A stretch of 32,000 nt of DNA. Source: Clostridium bovifaecis. Its GTDB lineage: Bacteria > Bacillota > Clostridia > Clostridiales > Clostridiaceae. Shown piece after piece: positions 8,910-16,965 of this stretch. The notes beneath the pieces are model-generated. The model made no database searches. It saw nothing but the letters and a program-made list of their open reading frames with translations, and was not told where the DNA came from. Numbering within the stretch: the stretch's first letter is position 1; every line of letters begins with the position of its first letter. Position numbers and translations under genes: made by a program. The stretch covers positions 185,249 through 217,248 of the forward strand of contig CP046522.1 of the NCBI GenBank assembly GCA_009738435.1, given 5' to 3'.

Positions 8910-10850
8910 ATGAGTAAGGGAAATTACTACATAACTACGCCAATTTATTATCCATCAGCAAATTTGCATATAGGTAACACATACACTACAGTAGCAGCGG
9001 ATGCTATAGCTAGATTTAAAAGACTTACAGGATATGATACATTCTTCTTAACAGGAACAGATGAGCACGGGCAAAAGCTTCAAAGACTTGCTGAAGCTAA
9101 GGGAGTTACTCCTATAGAGTATGTCGATGAAATAGTAGCAGGGATAAAAGATTTATGGAAGATGATGAATATAAGCTACGATAAGTTTATAAGAACTACA
9201 GATGATTATCATGTTGAGGCAGTTCAAAGAATGTTTAAGCAGTTATATGACCAAGGTGACATATATAAGAGTGAATACGAAGGGTTGTACTGTACTCCTT
9301 GCGAATCTTTCTGGACAGAAACTCAACTTGTAGATGGAAAATGCCCAGATTGTGGAAGACCGGTAGAAAAGACTAAGGAAGAAGCTTATTTCTTTAAAAT
9401 GTCAAAGTATGCTGATAGGCTCATTGAGTATATAGAAACTCATCCAGAGTTTATACAGCCAGAATCAAGAAAAAATGAGATGCTCAATAACTTCTTAAGA
9501 CCAGGTCTTCAAGATTTATGTGTATCAAGAACTTCTTTTGATTGGGGAATACCAGTAAGCTTTGACAATAAGCATGTCATATATGTATGGATAGATGCTC
9601 TTTCAAACTATATAACTGCTCTTGGATATGACCAATCAAATGATGAATTATATCAGAAATATTGGCCTTGTAACGTTCACCTTGTAGGAAAGGATATATT
9701 AAGATTCCACACTATCTACTGGCCAATCATGCTTATGGCTTTAAATCAACCACTTCCAAAGCAAGTGTTTGGGCATGGATGGTTGTTAGTTGACGGAGGC
9801 AAAATGTCAAAATCTAAAGGCAATGTGGTAGACCCTGTAACTTTAGTTCAACATTTTGGTACAGATGCAGTAAGGTATTATCTTCTACATGAAATACCGT
9901 TTGGACAAGATGGATTATATACAAGTGAAATCTTCATAAAGAAGACAAACTCAGATCTTGCAAACGACCTTGGAAATCTTGTAAACAGGACAATAGCAAT
10001 GATTAATAAATACTTTGATGGGGTAATTCAAGCGCCAACTGCTAAGGAGGAAATAGATGCAGATTTAATTAAAATCGCTCTTGAGGCTCCAGCTAAGGTT
10101 GAAGGAAGAATGAATTCTCTAAAATTGCCTGAAGCTTTAGATGAAATCTGGACTGTAGTAAGAAGAAGCAACAAGTATATTGATGAGACAATGCCTTGGG
10201 TTCTTGCAAAAGACGAAGAAAAGAAAGAGAGATTAGGAACAGTTTTATACAATCTAGTTGAAGGCCTTAGAATTGTTTCTGTAATGCTTTCAGCTTTCTT
10301 ACCAGAAACAAGCGAGAAGATAAATAGACAATTAAATGTAGATCTTGCAACATGGGATAGTATAGCTTCCTTTGATGGAACTCAAGCAGGAACAAAGGTA
10401 GGAGCAGGAGAAGTTATTTTCCCAAGAATAGATGTAGAAAAGAAATTAGAAGAGCTTGAAAAACTTCAAGAGGAACAAATGAAGGAAACAGGAGTTTCTG
10501 AAAAGATAGAAATGACATCTATAAAGCCAGAAATTACAATAGAAGACTTTGAAAAGATTGATTTAAGAGTAGTTAAAGTTCTAGCTTGTGAACCAGTTAA
10601 AAAAGCAAATAAACTTTTAAAGCTAAAAGTAGATTTAGGAGGAGAAGAAAGGCAGGTAATCTCAGGAATAGCTAAATATTATAAACCAGAAGAATTAGTC
10701 GGTAAATATATTGTACTAGTTGCTAACTTGAAGCCTGTTAAGTTAAGAGGAGAATTATCGCAAGGAATGATTCTTGCAGCTTCAGATGATAAAGATAAAC
10801 TATTTGCAGTAAACCCGGGTGAATTGCCAACTGGAAGTGTAGTGCGATAA
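8910..10850 (+). CDS. metG: Methionine--tRNA ligase (with C-terminal tRNA-binding EMAP/Trbp111-like domain)
   Basis: HIGH-type motif (SANLHIGNTYT), KMSKS motif (GGKMSKSKGN), zinc knuckle CTPCESF...CPDCG, and C-terminal domain DLRVVKVLACEPVKKANKLLKLKVDLG. RBS AGAGGAGGAAG. Confidence 0.97.
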   Translation: MSKGNYYITTPIYYPSANLHIGNTYTTVAADAIARFKRLTGYDTFFLTGTDEHGQKLQRLAEAKGVTPIEYVDEIVAGIKDLWKMMNISYDKFIRTTDDYHVEAVQRMFKQLYDQGDIYKSEYEGLYCTPCESFWTETQLVDGKCPDCGRPVEKTKEEAYFFKMSKYADRLIEYIETHPEFIQPESRKNEMLNNFLRPGLQDLCVSRTSFDWGIPVSFDNKHVIYVWIDALSNYITALGYDQSNDELYQKYWPCNVHLVGKDILRFHTIYWPIMLMALNQPLPKQVFGHGWLLVDGGKMSKSKGNVVDPVTLVQHFGTDAVRYYLLHEIPFGQDGLYTSEIFIKKTNSDLANDLGNLVNRTIAMINKYFDGVIQAPTAKEEIDADLIKIALEAPAKVEGRMNSLKLPEALDEIWTVVRRSNKYIDETMPWVLAKDEEKKERLGTVLYNLVEGLRIVSVMLSAFLPETSEKINRQLNVDLATWDSIASFDGTQAGTKVGAGEVIFPRIDVEKKLEELEKLQEEQMKETGVSEKIEMTSIKPEITIEDFEKIDLRVVKVLACEPVKKANKLLKLKVDLGGEERQVISGIAKYYKPEELVGKYIVLVANLKPVKLRGELSQGMILAASDDKDKLFAVNPGELPTGSVVR

Positions 10851-10934
10851 AAGGCAAGTTAGAGCACTTTCAGTGCAATTAGAAGTTAAAAAGCTAGCGT
10901 AAAAATAAAGGTCTGAAAATTAAAGCGATTTTAT

Positions 10935-10971
10935 AAAAGGACTGTCTTAATGAGTTAAGACGGTCCTTTTT
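10935..10971 (+). terminator. Intrinsic terminator of metG
   Basis: AAAAGGACTGTCTTAA / TTAAGACGGTCCTTTT hairpin with one G-T pair and loop TGAG, followed by Ts. The stem contains a degenerate GGACTGTC repeat core. Confidence 0.7.
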
Positions 10972-10980
10972 AAAATTCAA

Positions 10981-11030
10981 GAAAAGTACAGGGACAGTCC
11001 TTGAAATAAGAGGACTGTCCCTGTACTTTT
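10981..11030. repeat. Hairpin made of two inverted GGGACAGTCC repeat copies between convergent genes
   Basis: AAAGTACAGGGACAGTCC (10983-11000) is perfectly complementary to GGACTGTCCCTGTACTTT (11012-11029). It abuts the stop codon of the minus-strand ORF ending at 11030. Confidence 0.75.
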
Positions 11031-11671
11031 CATTTAGGAACTACCTGTAAAACCTGTATAAATCCAATCACCATTCTTATTTTTATATAAGTGTTTTTTC
11101 TTGTGTAGCCCATGGCAATACTTTCTATCCAGCCCCCTTCTTCTATTATTAGCTCTTCTATATGTTTTTTTCTTTTTATATAGCAATCACCTATATGAGA
11201 GCCCTCATCGAATATAGAAGGTATATGAACAGAGGGATTTACTAGGACTGTCCCTGAATCTGTCTCTATTATTAAAGCATCATATAAGCCTTCGGTTAAA
11301 TGTTTTGGGAATGATGCAAAAGCATTCATAAAATCATCTTTAGTTTTAATGTATTTAGGAGGTAAGAGCGTATTATTATTTTTATCAATGGTAATGTTAT
11401 CTTTAAAATCCTTTAGAGGTTTCCAAGTTTCCTCTAGCATAGTTTTTGATTCAAGTTTATCAAAAGGAATTTTAGTATATCTATCATTGTAAACCTCTAT
11501 GGCTAAAGGGGCTGTGCCGAGCGATAAAGTTAGAATAATTGAAATTGCTTTGTAGATAGGTCTTTCTTTAACTTTATTTGCTAGTCTTTTAAAAAGATTA
11601 GATATGGCTGCTGATATAACAACTAGTAAGATAATGCTAATCAAAATAAAAAAGCTAAGTGAATCCCCCAA
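11030..11671 (-). CDS. Hypothetical membrane protein (two N-terminal hydrophobic segments)
   Basis: 213-aa ORF with a TTG start 6 nt after the GGGGGAG Shine-Dalgarno. Hydrophobic FFILISIILLVVISAAI and AISIILTLSLGTAPLAI. No family recognised. Carries an in-frame GGGACAGTCC repeat copy. Confidence 0.5.
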   Translation of the reverse strand: MGDSLSFFILISIILLVVISAAISNLFKRLANKVKERPIYKAISIILTLSLGTAPLAIEVYNDRYTKIPFDKLESKTMLEETWKPLKDFKDNITIDKNNNTLLPPKYIKTKDDFMNAFASFPKHLTEGLYDALIIETDSGTVLVNPSVHIPSIFDEGSHIGDCYIKRKKHIEELIIEEGGWIESIAMGYTRKNTYIKIRMVIGFIQVLQVVPK

Positions 11672-11727
11672 TCATATCTCCCCCTAGTTTCTGAAAATAT
11701 ATATTTGAGTCTTATTTAAGTTAAGGC

Positions 11728-12267
11728 TCATCTAGCGCGTTGAACAATAGGGATAATGGCATTTCTGTTTGTCCAATTTACTGGGCTATCATAACAGGCT
11801 AATAAGCCTTTACTATCTTCGTCAAGGTCTTCTTTATTTTTCTTTTCTAGTTTTACCCTAAGTGCTTTCATCATCATCTTATCAAGCAAGTCTAGTTTTT
11901 CGTAATTAAAAGCACCTCTTAAGTAAAAGAAGCTTATTTTTTCTTTCATTTCCTCTGTAAAATTATTGGATGATACATGACTTATCGCATCTTCGCGCTT
12001 AGGTGAACATCCTACAGCAAAGACTATAATTTTTTTATCCATTATCTCTTTAAAGTTATCAGTAATAATTTTTAATCCACTAATACCTACTGCATGCAAA
12101 AAACCGCCGAAAATTATAACATCATATCTGAGCAGATCTTTAACCTTTATCGTGGATACGTCAACTAAATCAGCTTTTAAATCATTAGCTATCCATTCTG
12201 CATATTGTCTTGTACTTCCATATTTAGATTTGTAGATTACAAGGATTTTTTTTAACTGGTTTGGCAT
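11728..12267 (-). CDS. Flavodoxin-domain protein (HemG-like / flavodoxin_5 type)
   Basis: N-terminal KILVIYKSKYGSTRQYAEWIANDL FMN-binding-loop pattern, about 180 aa. RBS AAGGGGGA. Confidence 0.75.
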   Translation of the reverse strand: MPNQLKKILVIYKSKYGSTRQYAEWIANDLKADLVDVSTIKVKDLLRYDVIIFGGFLHAVGISGLKIITDNFKEIMDKKIIVFAVGCSPKREDAISHVSSNNFTEEMKEKISFFYLRGAFNYEKLDLLDKMMMKALRVKLEKKNKEDLDEDSKGLLACYDSPVNWTNRNAIIPIVQRAR

Positions 12268-12577
12268 AAGCTATCCCCCTTTTAAATTCGCATATTATAT
12301 CTTTAATATACGATTATATTCTATAGACTAATTATACTACTTAACCTAATGTATTTCCAATAAATGAAAGTAATTGAATTTAAAAAAGGAATTTGGACGT
12401 AAATGTAAAATAAATATAAGTAAAGGGCTTAAAAATTTTGAGGGACAGTCCTTGAAAGATAAGAAAAACAAGAGTATTAGAGGTAGGTAATTATGAAAAG
12501 TAAACAGAAAAAACAAGATAGAATAAAGCTAGCGCGAACTAAGAAAATTATATATTATCTTTATTGCCTTAATTATT

Positions 12578-13159
12578 ATGATTAGCAGTAACTATATATT
12601 TAAATCGAAAGTTTTAGCACAAACCTCAGTGCCAGAGGATATCACTATAAGTGCTGATAAGTTGATGAAAAGTAAAAATTCTCAGGAAAAATTTATAGGG
12701 ACAGTCCTTGAAGGAGCAGTAAAAAACTATGAAAAATATAAAGTTCTGCCATCTGTAACTATAGCACAAGCAATTCTAGAATCAGGTTGGGGAAAAAGCG
12801 ATAAGGCAGTAAAGTATAGCAATCTTTTTGGAATTAAAGCAGATAAGAGTTGGAAAGGTAAAAAAGTAAAGCTTACATCTAAGGAGTGGAGTAAAGGAAA
12901 AATGAGAACTGTGACTACTTATTGGAGAGTATATGATTCTATAGAAGCTTCAATTCTAGATCATGGTAATTTTCTAGCTACAAGACCATGGTATACCAAG
13001 GCCGGGGTGTTTAAAGCTAATAACTATGTACAACAAATCTCAGCAATAAAAAAGGGAGGGTATTGCACTGATCCTAAGTATGTCTCAAGCATCTGTAGAA
13101 TAATAAATACATATGATTTGTGGAAATATGATCCGAAGGGAAAGGAAATAAAACTTTAA
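12578..13159 (+). CDS. Mannosyl-glycoprotein endo-beta-N-acetylglucosaminidase (GH73, FlgJ/LytD-like) domain protein; N-terminus apparently frameshifted
   Basis: GH73 signature VTIAQAILESGWGKS...NLFGIKA...YCTDPKY. An ATG with a good RBS lies at 12493 in another frame; see the finding. Confidence 0.8.
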   Translation: MISSNYIFKSKVLAQTSVPEDITISADKLMKSKNSQEKFIGTVLEGAVKNYEKYKVLPSVTIAQAILESGWGKSDKAVKYSNLFGIKADKSWKGKKVKLTSKEWSKGKMRTVTTYWRVYDSIEASILDHGNFLATRPWYTKAGVFKANNYVQQISAIKKGGYCTDPKYVSSICRIINTYDLWKYDPKGKEIKL

Positions 13160-13172
13160 CATACATAGGAAC

Positions 13173-13402
13173 ATTTTGCGACGCAAAATAATTCAGGTTA
13201 GAGGAATAATGCAAGTTAGACTGCGGAGTCGCAGTTAGAGAGTTAGAAAGAAGTTAAACACTTAGTTTAGGAGAGGTTAGGCCTTTTTTATATTTTCAAA
13301 CTGTTATCCCTGTAAACTTTAATGTTGTTTTAACTTTTAACTCTACACCTTGGTGCCTAACTGCTTTGGCTTCTAACCTAAGAAGTTTGCGCCGTAAAAT
13401 CC
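13173..13402. repeat. Composite inverted-repeat (MITE-like / long hairpin) element with ATTTTGCGACGCAAAAT-type termini and GTTAGNN heptamer arrays
   Basis: The left terminus ATTTTGCGACGCAAAATAATTCAGGTTAGAGG... resembles the reverse complement of the right terminus ATTTTACGGCGCAAACTTCTTAGGTTAGAAG.... GTTAGAG/GTTAGAC/GTTAGAA repeats occupy the left half and their complements the right half. The element fills the whole gap between convergent stop codons. Confidence 0.6.
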
Positions 13403-14130
13403 TATACTTTGAATTTATCAAGTGGTATTTTAAATTCAGGAATTCCTAAAGCATAAGGAGCAATGTCATAGAGTTGAAAGAATATTACTATATTTTTACC
13501 ATCAATAAAAAATTCCTGTTCTTCAGAGATTTCTTTAAAAGTTGATGGAAAGTACATTTCTTTGTTTTCTGATATCTGTCTGCTGATTTCTTTATTAATT
13601 ATATCTTTGTATGGAGTGCATTCTTTAAACAAACCATTTAAAGTTAGCTTAGTGCCATCATTAAGATTAATATTATAGCCTTTTCTAATGGTAAGTCCAT
13701 GTGCTCCTCCAGTATATTGATAATAATTTATATAAATACTTAATATATTACCTTTATTGCAAGTTACTTTATAGGAAGTAATAGCAGTATGTGGTATCAT
13801 AGGGATTCCATGATTCTCTGCTTGATCTGAATATTCCTTTGCCATCTCTTCTATCTCATTTTTAAAACTGAGTATATCTTCTCTAAATATAGAATTTATT
13901 TTTTCTTGAAGCTGTATATCCTTTAATCCTTTAATTACAGGTATTTGTAGATTAACTTCTATCAAGTCATCTTTACTTATGAGTTCATCTTTAATAACTA
14001 TTACAGAAGAATGTAAATTTGAGATTGTACTTGTTGTTTCAATTACTGGAATTATCTTATGTAGATTGGTACAAGGTATATTTGTTATAGGCATAATTGC
14101 TGCTAATCCAAGGCAGAATAGTTTTTTCAT
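13402..14130 (-). CDS. DUF4163/DUF3298-type secreted protein (RsiV / PdaC C-terminal domain-like)
   Basis: N-terminal signal-like MKKLFCLGLAAIMPI. Characteristic YQYTGGAHG motif. RBS AGGAGGG. Confidence 0.7.
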   Translation of the reverse strand: MKKLFCLGLAAIMPITNIPCTNLHKIIPVIETTSTISNLHSSVIVIKDELISKDDLIEVNLQIPVIKGLKDIQLQEKINSIFREDILSFKNEIEEMAKEYSDQAENHGIPMIPHTAITSYKVTCNKGNILSIYINYYQYTGGAHGLTIRKGYNINLNDGTKLTLNGLFKECTPYKDIINKEISRQISENKEMYFPSTFKEISEEQEFFIDGKNIVIFFQLYDIAPYALGIPEFKIPLDKFKV

Positions 14131-14437
14131 TTTGGAACCCTCCTATATAGATTAATCTTATTGTAAAAAGTTTTATCTATTATTAGTATTAACACTTTAA
14201 TAAGTTTATTTTCTTATTATTGCTATGAAAAATTAGTTAATACATAAACTTATAGTAAATCAAGATTAACTTGTTAAATGAAGGGGATACTCTTATAATA
14301 ACTAGAGAAAATTTAATTTGTGTATTTAAATTTATAGCTAGTTATAGTAAAATTACAGTTGTTGAAATTGGGCTAAAATTGTAATATATTCAAATTAAAG
14401 AGCTTAATACTAAAATTAGAAGGGGAAGCGATAGATT

Positions 14438-15964
14438 ATGCCATATACAAGGATATTATTTTCAGCTTTAGTAGGAGCTGTAATAGGTTACATAACAAAT
14501 TGGTTAGCTATAAAAATGTTATTTAGGCCTCATGAAGAAAAGAAAATCTTCGGAATAAAGGTACCATTCACACCAGGACTTATTCCAAAGGAGCAGAAGA
14601 GAATTGCGAAAAGTGTAGCGGAGGCCATAGGAAATCATCTTTTAACTAGTGATACTATGCTTGAAGCGTTAAGAAATAATGGAATAGATAAGAAATTTAA
14701 AAATTGGATAGAAGAAAAGGTTCTTGAAATAGGAAGAAGAAGCATTTCTATAGGAGAACAAATTAAGATTATAGTAGGAGAAAGGTTCAATAGCTTTGTA
14801 GAATATGCAAAAGCTAAGTCATCAATGCTTTTAATATCATTTATAAAAAAAGATAAGTTTAAAAAAGAGTTGGAAGACTTAATACTAAATCTTTTAAAGA
14901 AGGAGCTCTCTAAAGATCCAAAACTCATACTAGAAAGTGATTATTACAAGGAAATAAGAAACACAATAATAAAAAAATCAAAGGAATATAAGGACTCAGA
15001 AGAATTTAAAAATAATATAGAGAAAATTATAGAAGACAGAATGTCAAGTCTTGAAGATATGGATAAATCATTGCAAGAGGTTATACCAGTTGGACTTGTA
15101 AGCACAATAAAGGTTTACGTTTATAGCAAAAATTATGATATAGCTATGGGGATTAAAGACATACTAAAAGATGAAAAAATGCAAGTTAAGCTAAAGAGAG
15201 CTTTATCAGATATGATAAGCAGCAATGTTAATTCAATGATTGCTATGTTTTTAAATCCTGATACAATTTATAATAAACTATCTCCAGCTATAGATGATTA
15301 TCTAGACAAAGAAGAAAATCAAAGAGAAATAGCCCTATTGATAAATGATTTAATTGATAAGATATTAAAAACTAAAGTTAAAGACATTCTTTCAAATCTT
15401 TCCGAAGAGAGTAAAGAAAGAAATGCAAAGGCGCTTGGAGATATAATTATAGACAAGGTGATAGATGAGGCTCTTATTAAGGATATAATATCTACTTTAG
15501 AGAATAGGGTTAAAGACAAAGAAACTATAGAAGAATTACTTTCAGAGCTTAATATAAACTCAGAAGAGACTTTAGTAAAATTCATAAGAACTAAGATTAA
15601 TGACATTGTTAGCAGCAAAGAATTAGAAGAAAAGATAGAAAAGTATACAAATTCAACTATAGATAATCTATTAGACCTTAAGATTTCAGAATTAGCAGAA
15701 GGGAAAGAAGATAAGATATCAAAAATAGCCTCAAAAACTTCAGAAGGCTTATTTAATAGATTTGTAACAAATAAAGCAGCCGATTTTATAGAAGCTTTAG
15801 ATATAAGAAGAATAGTTGAGGATAAGATTAATTCCTTTGAAGTTTCTTTCGCAGAGCAAATAATATTAGAAATTGCAAGTAAAGAATTAAGTGCTATTAC
15901 TTGGCTTGGAGCACTTCTTGGATTTATCATGGGACTTTTATCTGCCATTATGGCAGCAATATAA
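14438..15964 (+). CDS. DUF445-family membrane protein
   Basis: N-terminal GAVIGYITNWLAIKMLFRPHEEK...PFTPGLIPK signature of DUF445, a long K/E-rich helical middle, and a C-terminal TM WLGALLGFIMGLLSAIMAAI. Confidence 0.78.
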   Translation: MPYTRILFSALVGAVIGYITNWLAIKMLFRPHEEKKIFGIKVPFTPGLIPKEQKRIAKSVAEAIGNHLLTSDTMLEALRNNGIDKKFKNWIEEKVLEIGRRSISIGEQIKIIVGERFNSFVEYAKAKSSMLLISFIKKDKFKKELEDLILNLLKKELSKDPKLILESDYYKEIRNTIIKKSKEYKDSEEFKNNIEKIIEDRMSSLEDMDKSLQEVIPVGLVSTIKVYVYSKNYDIAMGIKDILKDEKMQVKLKRALSDMISSNVNSMIAMFLNPDTIYNKLSPAIDDYLDKEENQREIALLINDLIDKILKTKVKDILSNLSEESKERNAKALGDIIIDKVIDEALIKDIISTLENRVKDKETIEELLSELNINSEETLVKFIRTKINDIVSSKELEEKIEKYTNSTIDNLLDLKISELAEGKEDKISKIASKTSEGLFNRFVTNKAADFIEALDIRRIVEDKINSFEVSFAEQIILEIASKELSAITWLGALLGFIMGLLSAIMAAI

Positions 15965-15965
15965 G

Positions 15966-16103
15966 AAAATTGCGGCGCAATTTTCTTCTTAATCACTAAT
16001 CACTAATCACTAGTCGCTATTGGATAAATCAATGATTCAAATGTTAGCGATTAGGGATTAGAGACTAGCGATTGCTTCTAGAGCTGCGTCGCAATTTATT
16101 TCT
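15966..16103. repeat. Second composite inverted-repeat element: AAAATTGCGGCGCAATTTT terminus, (TAATCAC)3 tandem array and complementary array
   Basis: AAAATTGCGGCGCAATTTT (15966-15984). TAATCAC x3 then TAGTCGC at about 15989-16018. Right arm TAGCGATTAGGGATTAGAGACTAGCGATT matches the reverse complement of the left arm at about 24/29. Right terminus GCTGCGTCGCAATTT (16083-16097). Confidence 0.6.
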
Positions 16104-16111
16104 AGTAAGTC

Positions 16112-16663
16112 CTAGCTAGAGCTAGTAACCGATTCTACGCACCATTTACCATTACTTTTTATTATAGTTAATGTATCCTGTGTAGGCTCAGATGGCCCAG
16201 CAGAAGTAGTCCAATAATACTTAATTTTTATCTCGTAAGTCGAGTCATTTAGCTTTTTCTCATTAATCACTTCATATTTATCTAACCAAGGACTTGAGCC
16301 GCCAATAATCCAAAAGTTTTCTTCAGGTTTTCCCCACTTTTCAATGGTTTCTTTTTTTAACTTATCACATGAAACAGCATAATGAAAGACTCCATTTCTT
16401 GTTTCTTCGGCTCGTACCCAGAGTTCTACCACTTGTTCTCGAGTATCAGCGCCAAATTCATCTAGCACATTTTTAAAAAATCCAATTTGCGCCTTTAGTT
16501 GTTGTAATTTAATTTGGTCTACATTAGGCTGAGTCGTTATACTGTAGGTAGAGGAAGTGTTTTTTGATATGAAATTAAAACCACTGCAGTATAAGGCGGA
16601 TAATATAAAGAATATTAAAGAAATTAAACTCATCAATGCAGGTCTAAATAAACTTTTTCTCAA
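16112..16663 (-). CDS. Hypothetical secreted/membrane-anchored protein
   Basis: 183-aa ORF with a TTG start 5-6 nt after AAGGAGGTG. N-terminal hydrophobic LMSLISLIFFILSALYCSG. No family recognised. Confidence 0.55.
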   Translation of the reverse strand: MRKSLFRPALMSLISLIFFILSALYCSGFNFISKNTSSTYSITTQPNVDQIKLQQLKAQIGFFKNVLDEFGADTREQVVELWVRAEETRNGVFHYAVSCDKLKKETIEKWGKPEENFWIIGGSSPWLDKYEVINEKKLNDSTYEIKIKYYWTTSAGPSEPTQDTLTIIKSNGKWCVESVTSSS

Positions 16664-16937
16664 TACATCACCTCCTTGTACAAGATATGTTCATATATTT
16701 AGGTTTGCCCCATAGTTGCTTAATTTAGTAAGGTGATTAATGGGGGAGTATCTATTTTCCAACACAAACAGCAGATATATATGTGCATATGAAGGTAATG
16801 GAGATAAAACATTTAATTAAACTTTACAAGATGCCTTCAGTTTAATTAAGTAAATTTATGAATGAACCAATAAATATATTGAAAATGAGAAGAACATCAA
16901 TATTTAAGGGTAAGGCTTACCAATTAAAGCTTAAATT

Positions 16938-16965
16938 TTGAAATATACTATTTACATGGTATAAT
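16938..16965 (+). promoter_or_regulatory. SigA-type promoter with extended -10, upstream of tatD
   Basis: TTGAAA (16938-16943), 16-nt spacer ending in TGg, TATAAT (16960-16965). Confidence 0.6.

Noticed and set aside
15319-15996. 225-aa ORF on the minus strand, antisense to the DUF445 gene
   Set aside because: It lies entirely within a well-supported plus-strand gene and has low-complexity S/I/L-rich content with no RBS. This is the typical shadow frame of a purine-rich (GAA/AAA) coding strand. The same reasoning applies to 238-537, 1053-1238, 2583-2846, 4639-4827, 5020-5361, 6465-6842, 6487-6726, 10028-10252, 14635-14928, 17263-17463, 21152-21906, 23333-23578, 24242-24442, 24635-24826, 24890-25123, 27007-27447, 28225-28749, 31175-31468 and 31763-31981.
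15989-16018. Tandem TAATCAC heptamers considered as a possible CRISPR or VNTR
   Set aside because: The unit is only 7 nt, with no spacers and no cas genes. The array is one arm of an inverted-repeat element. It is not a CRISPR.
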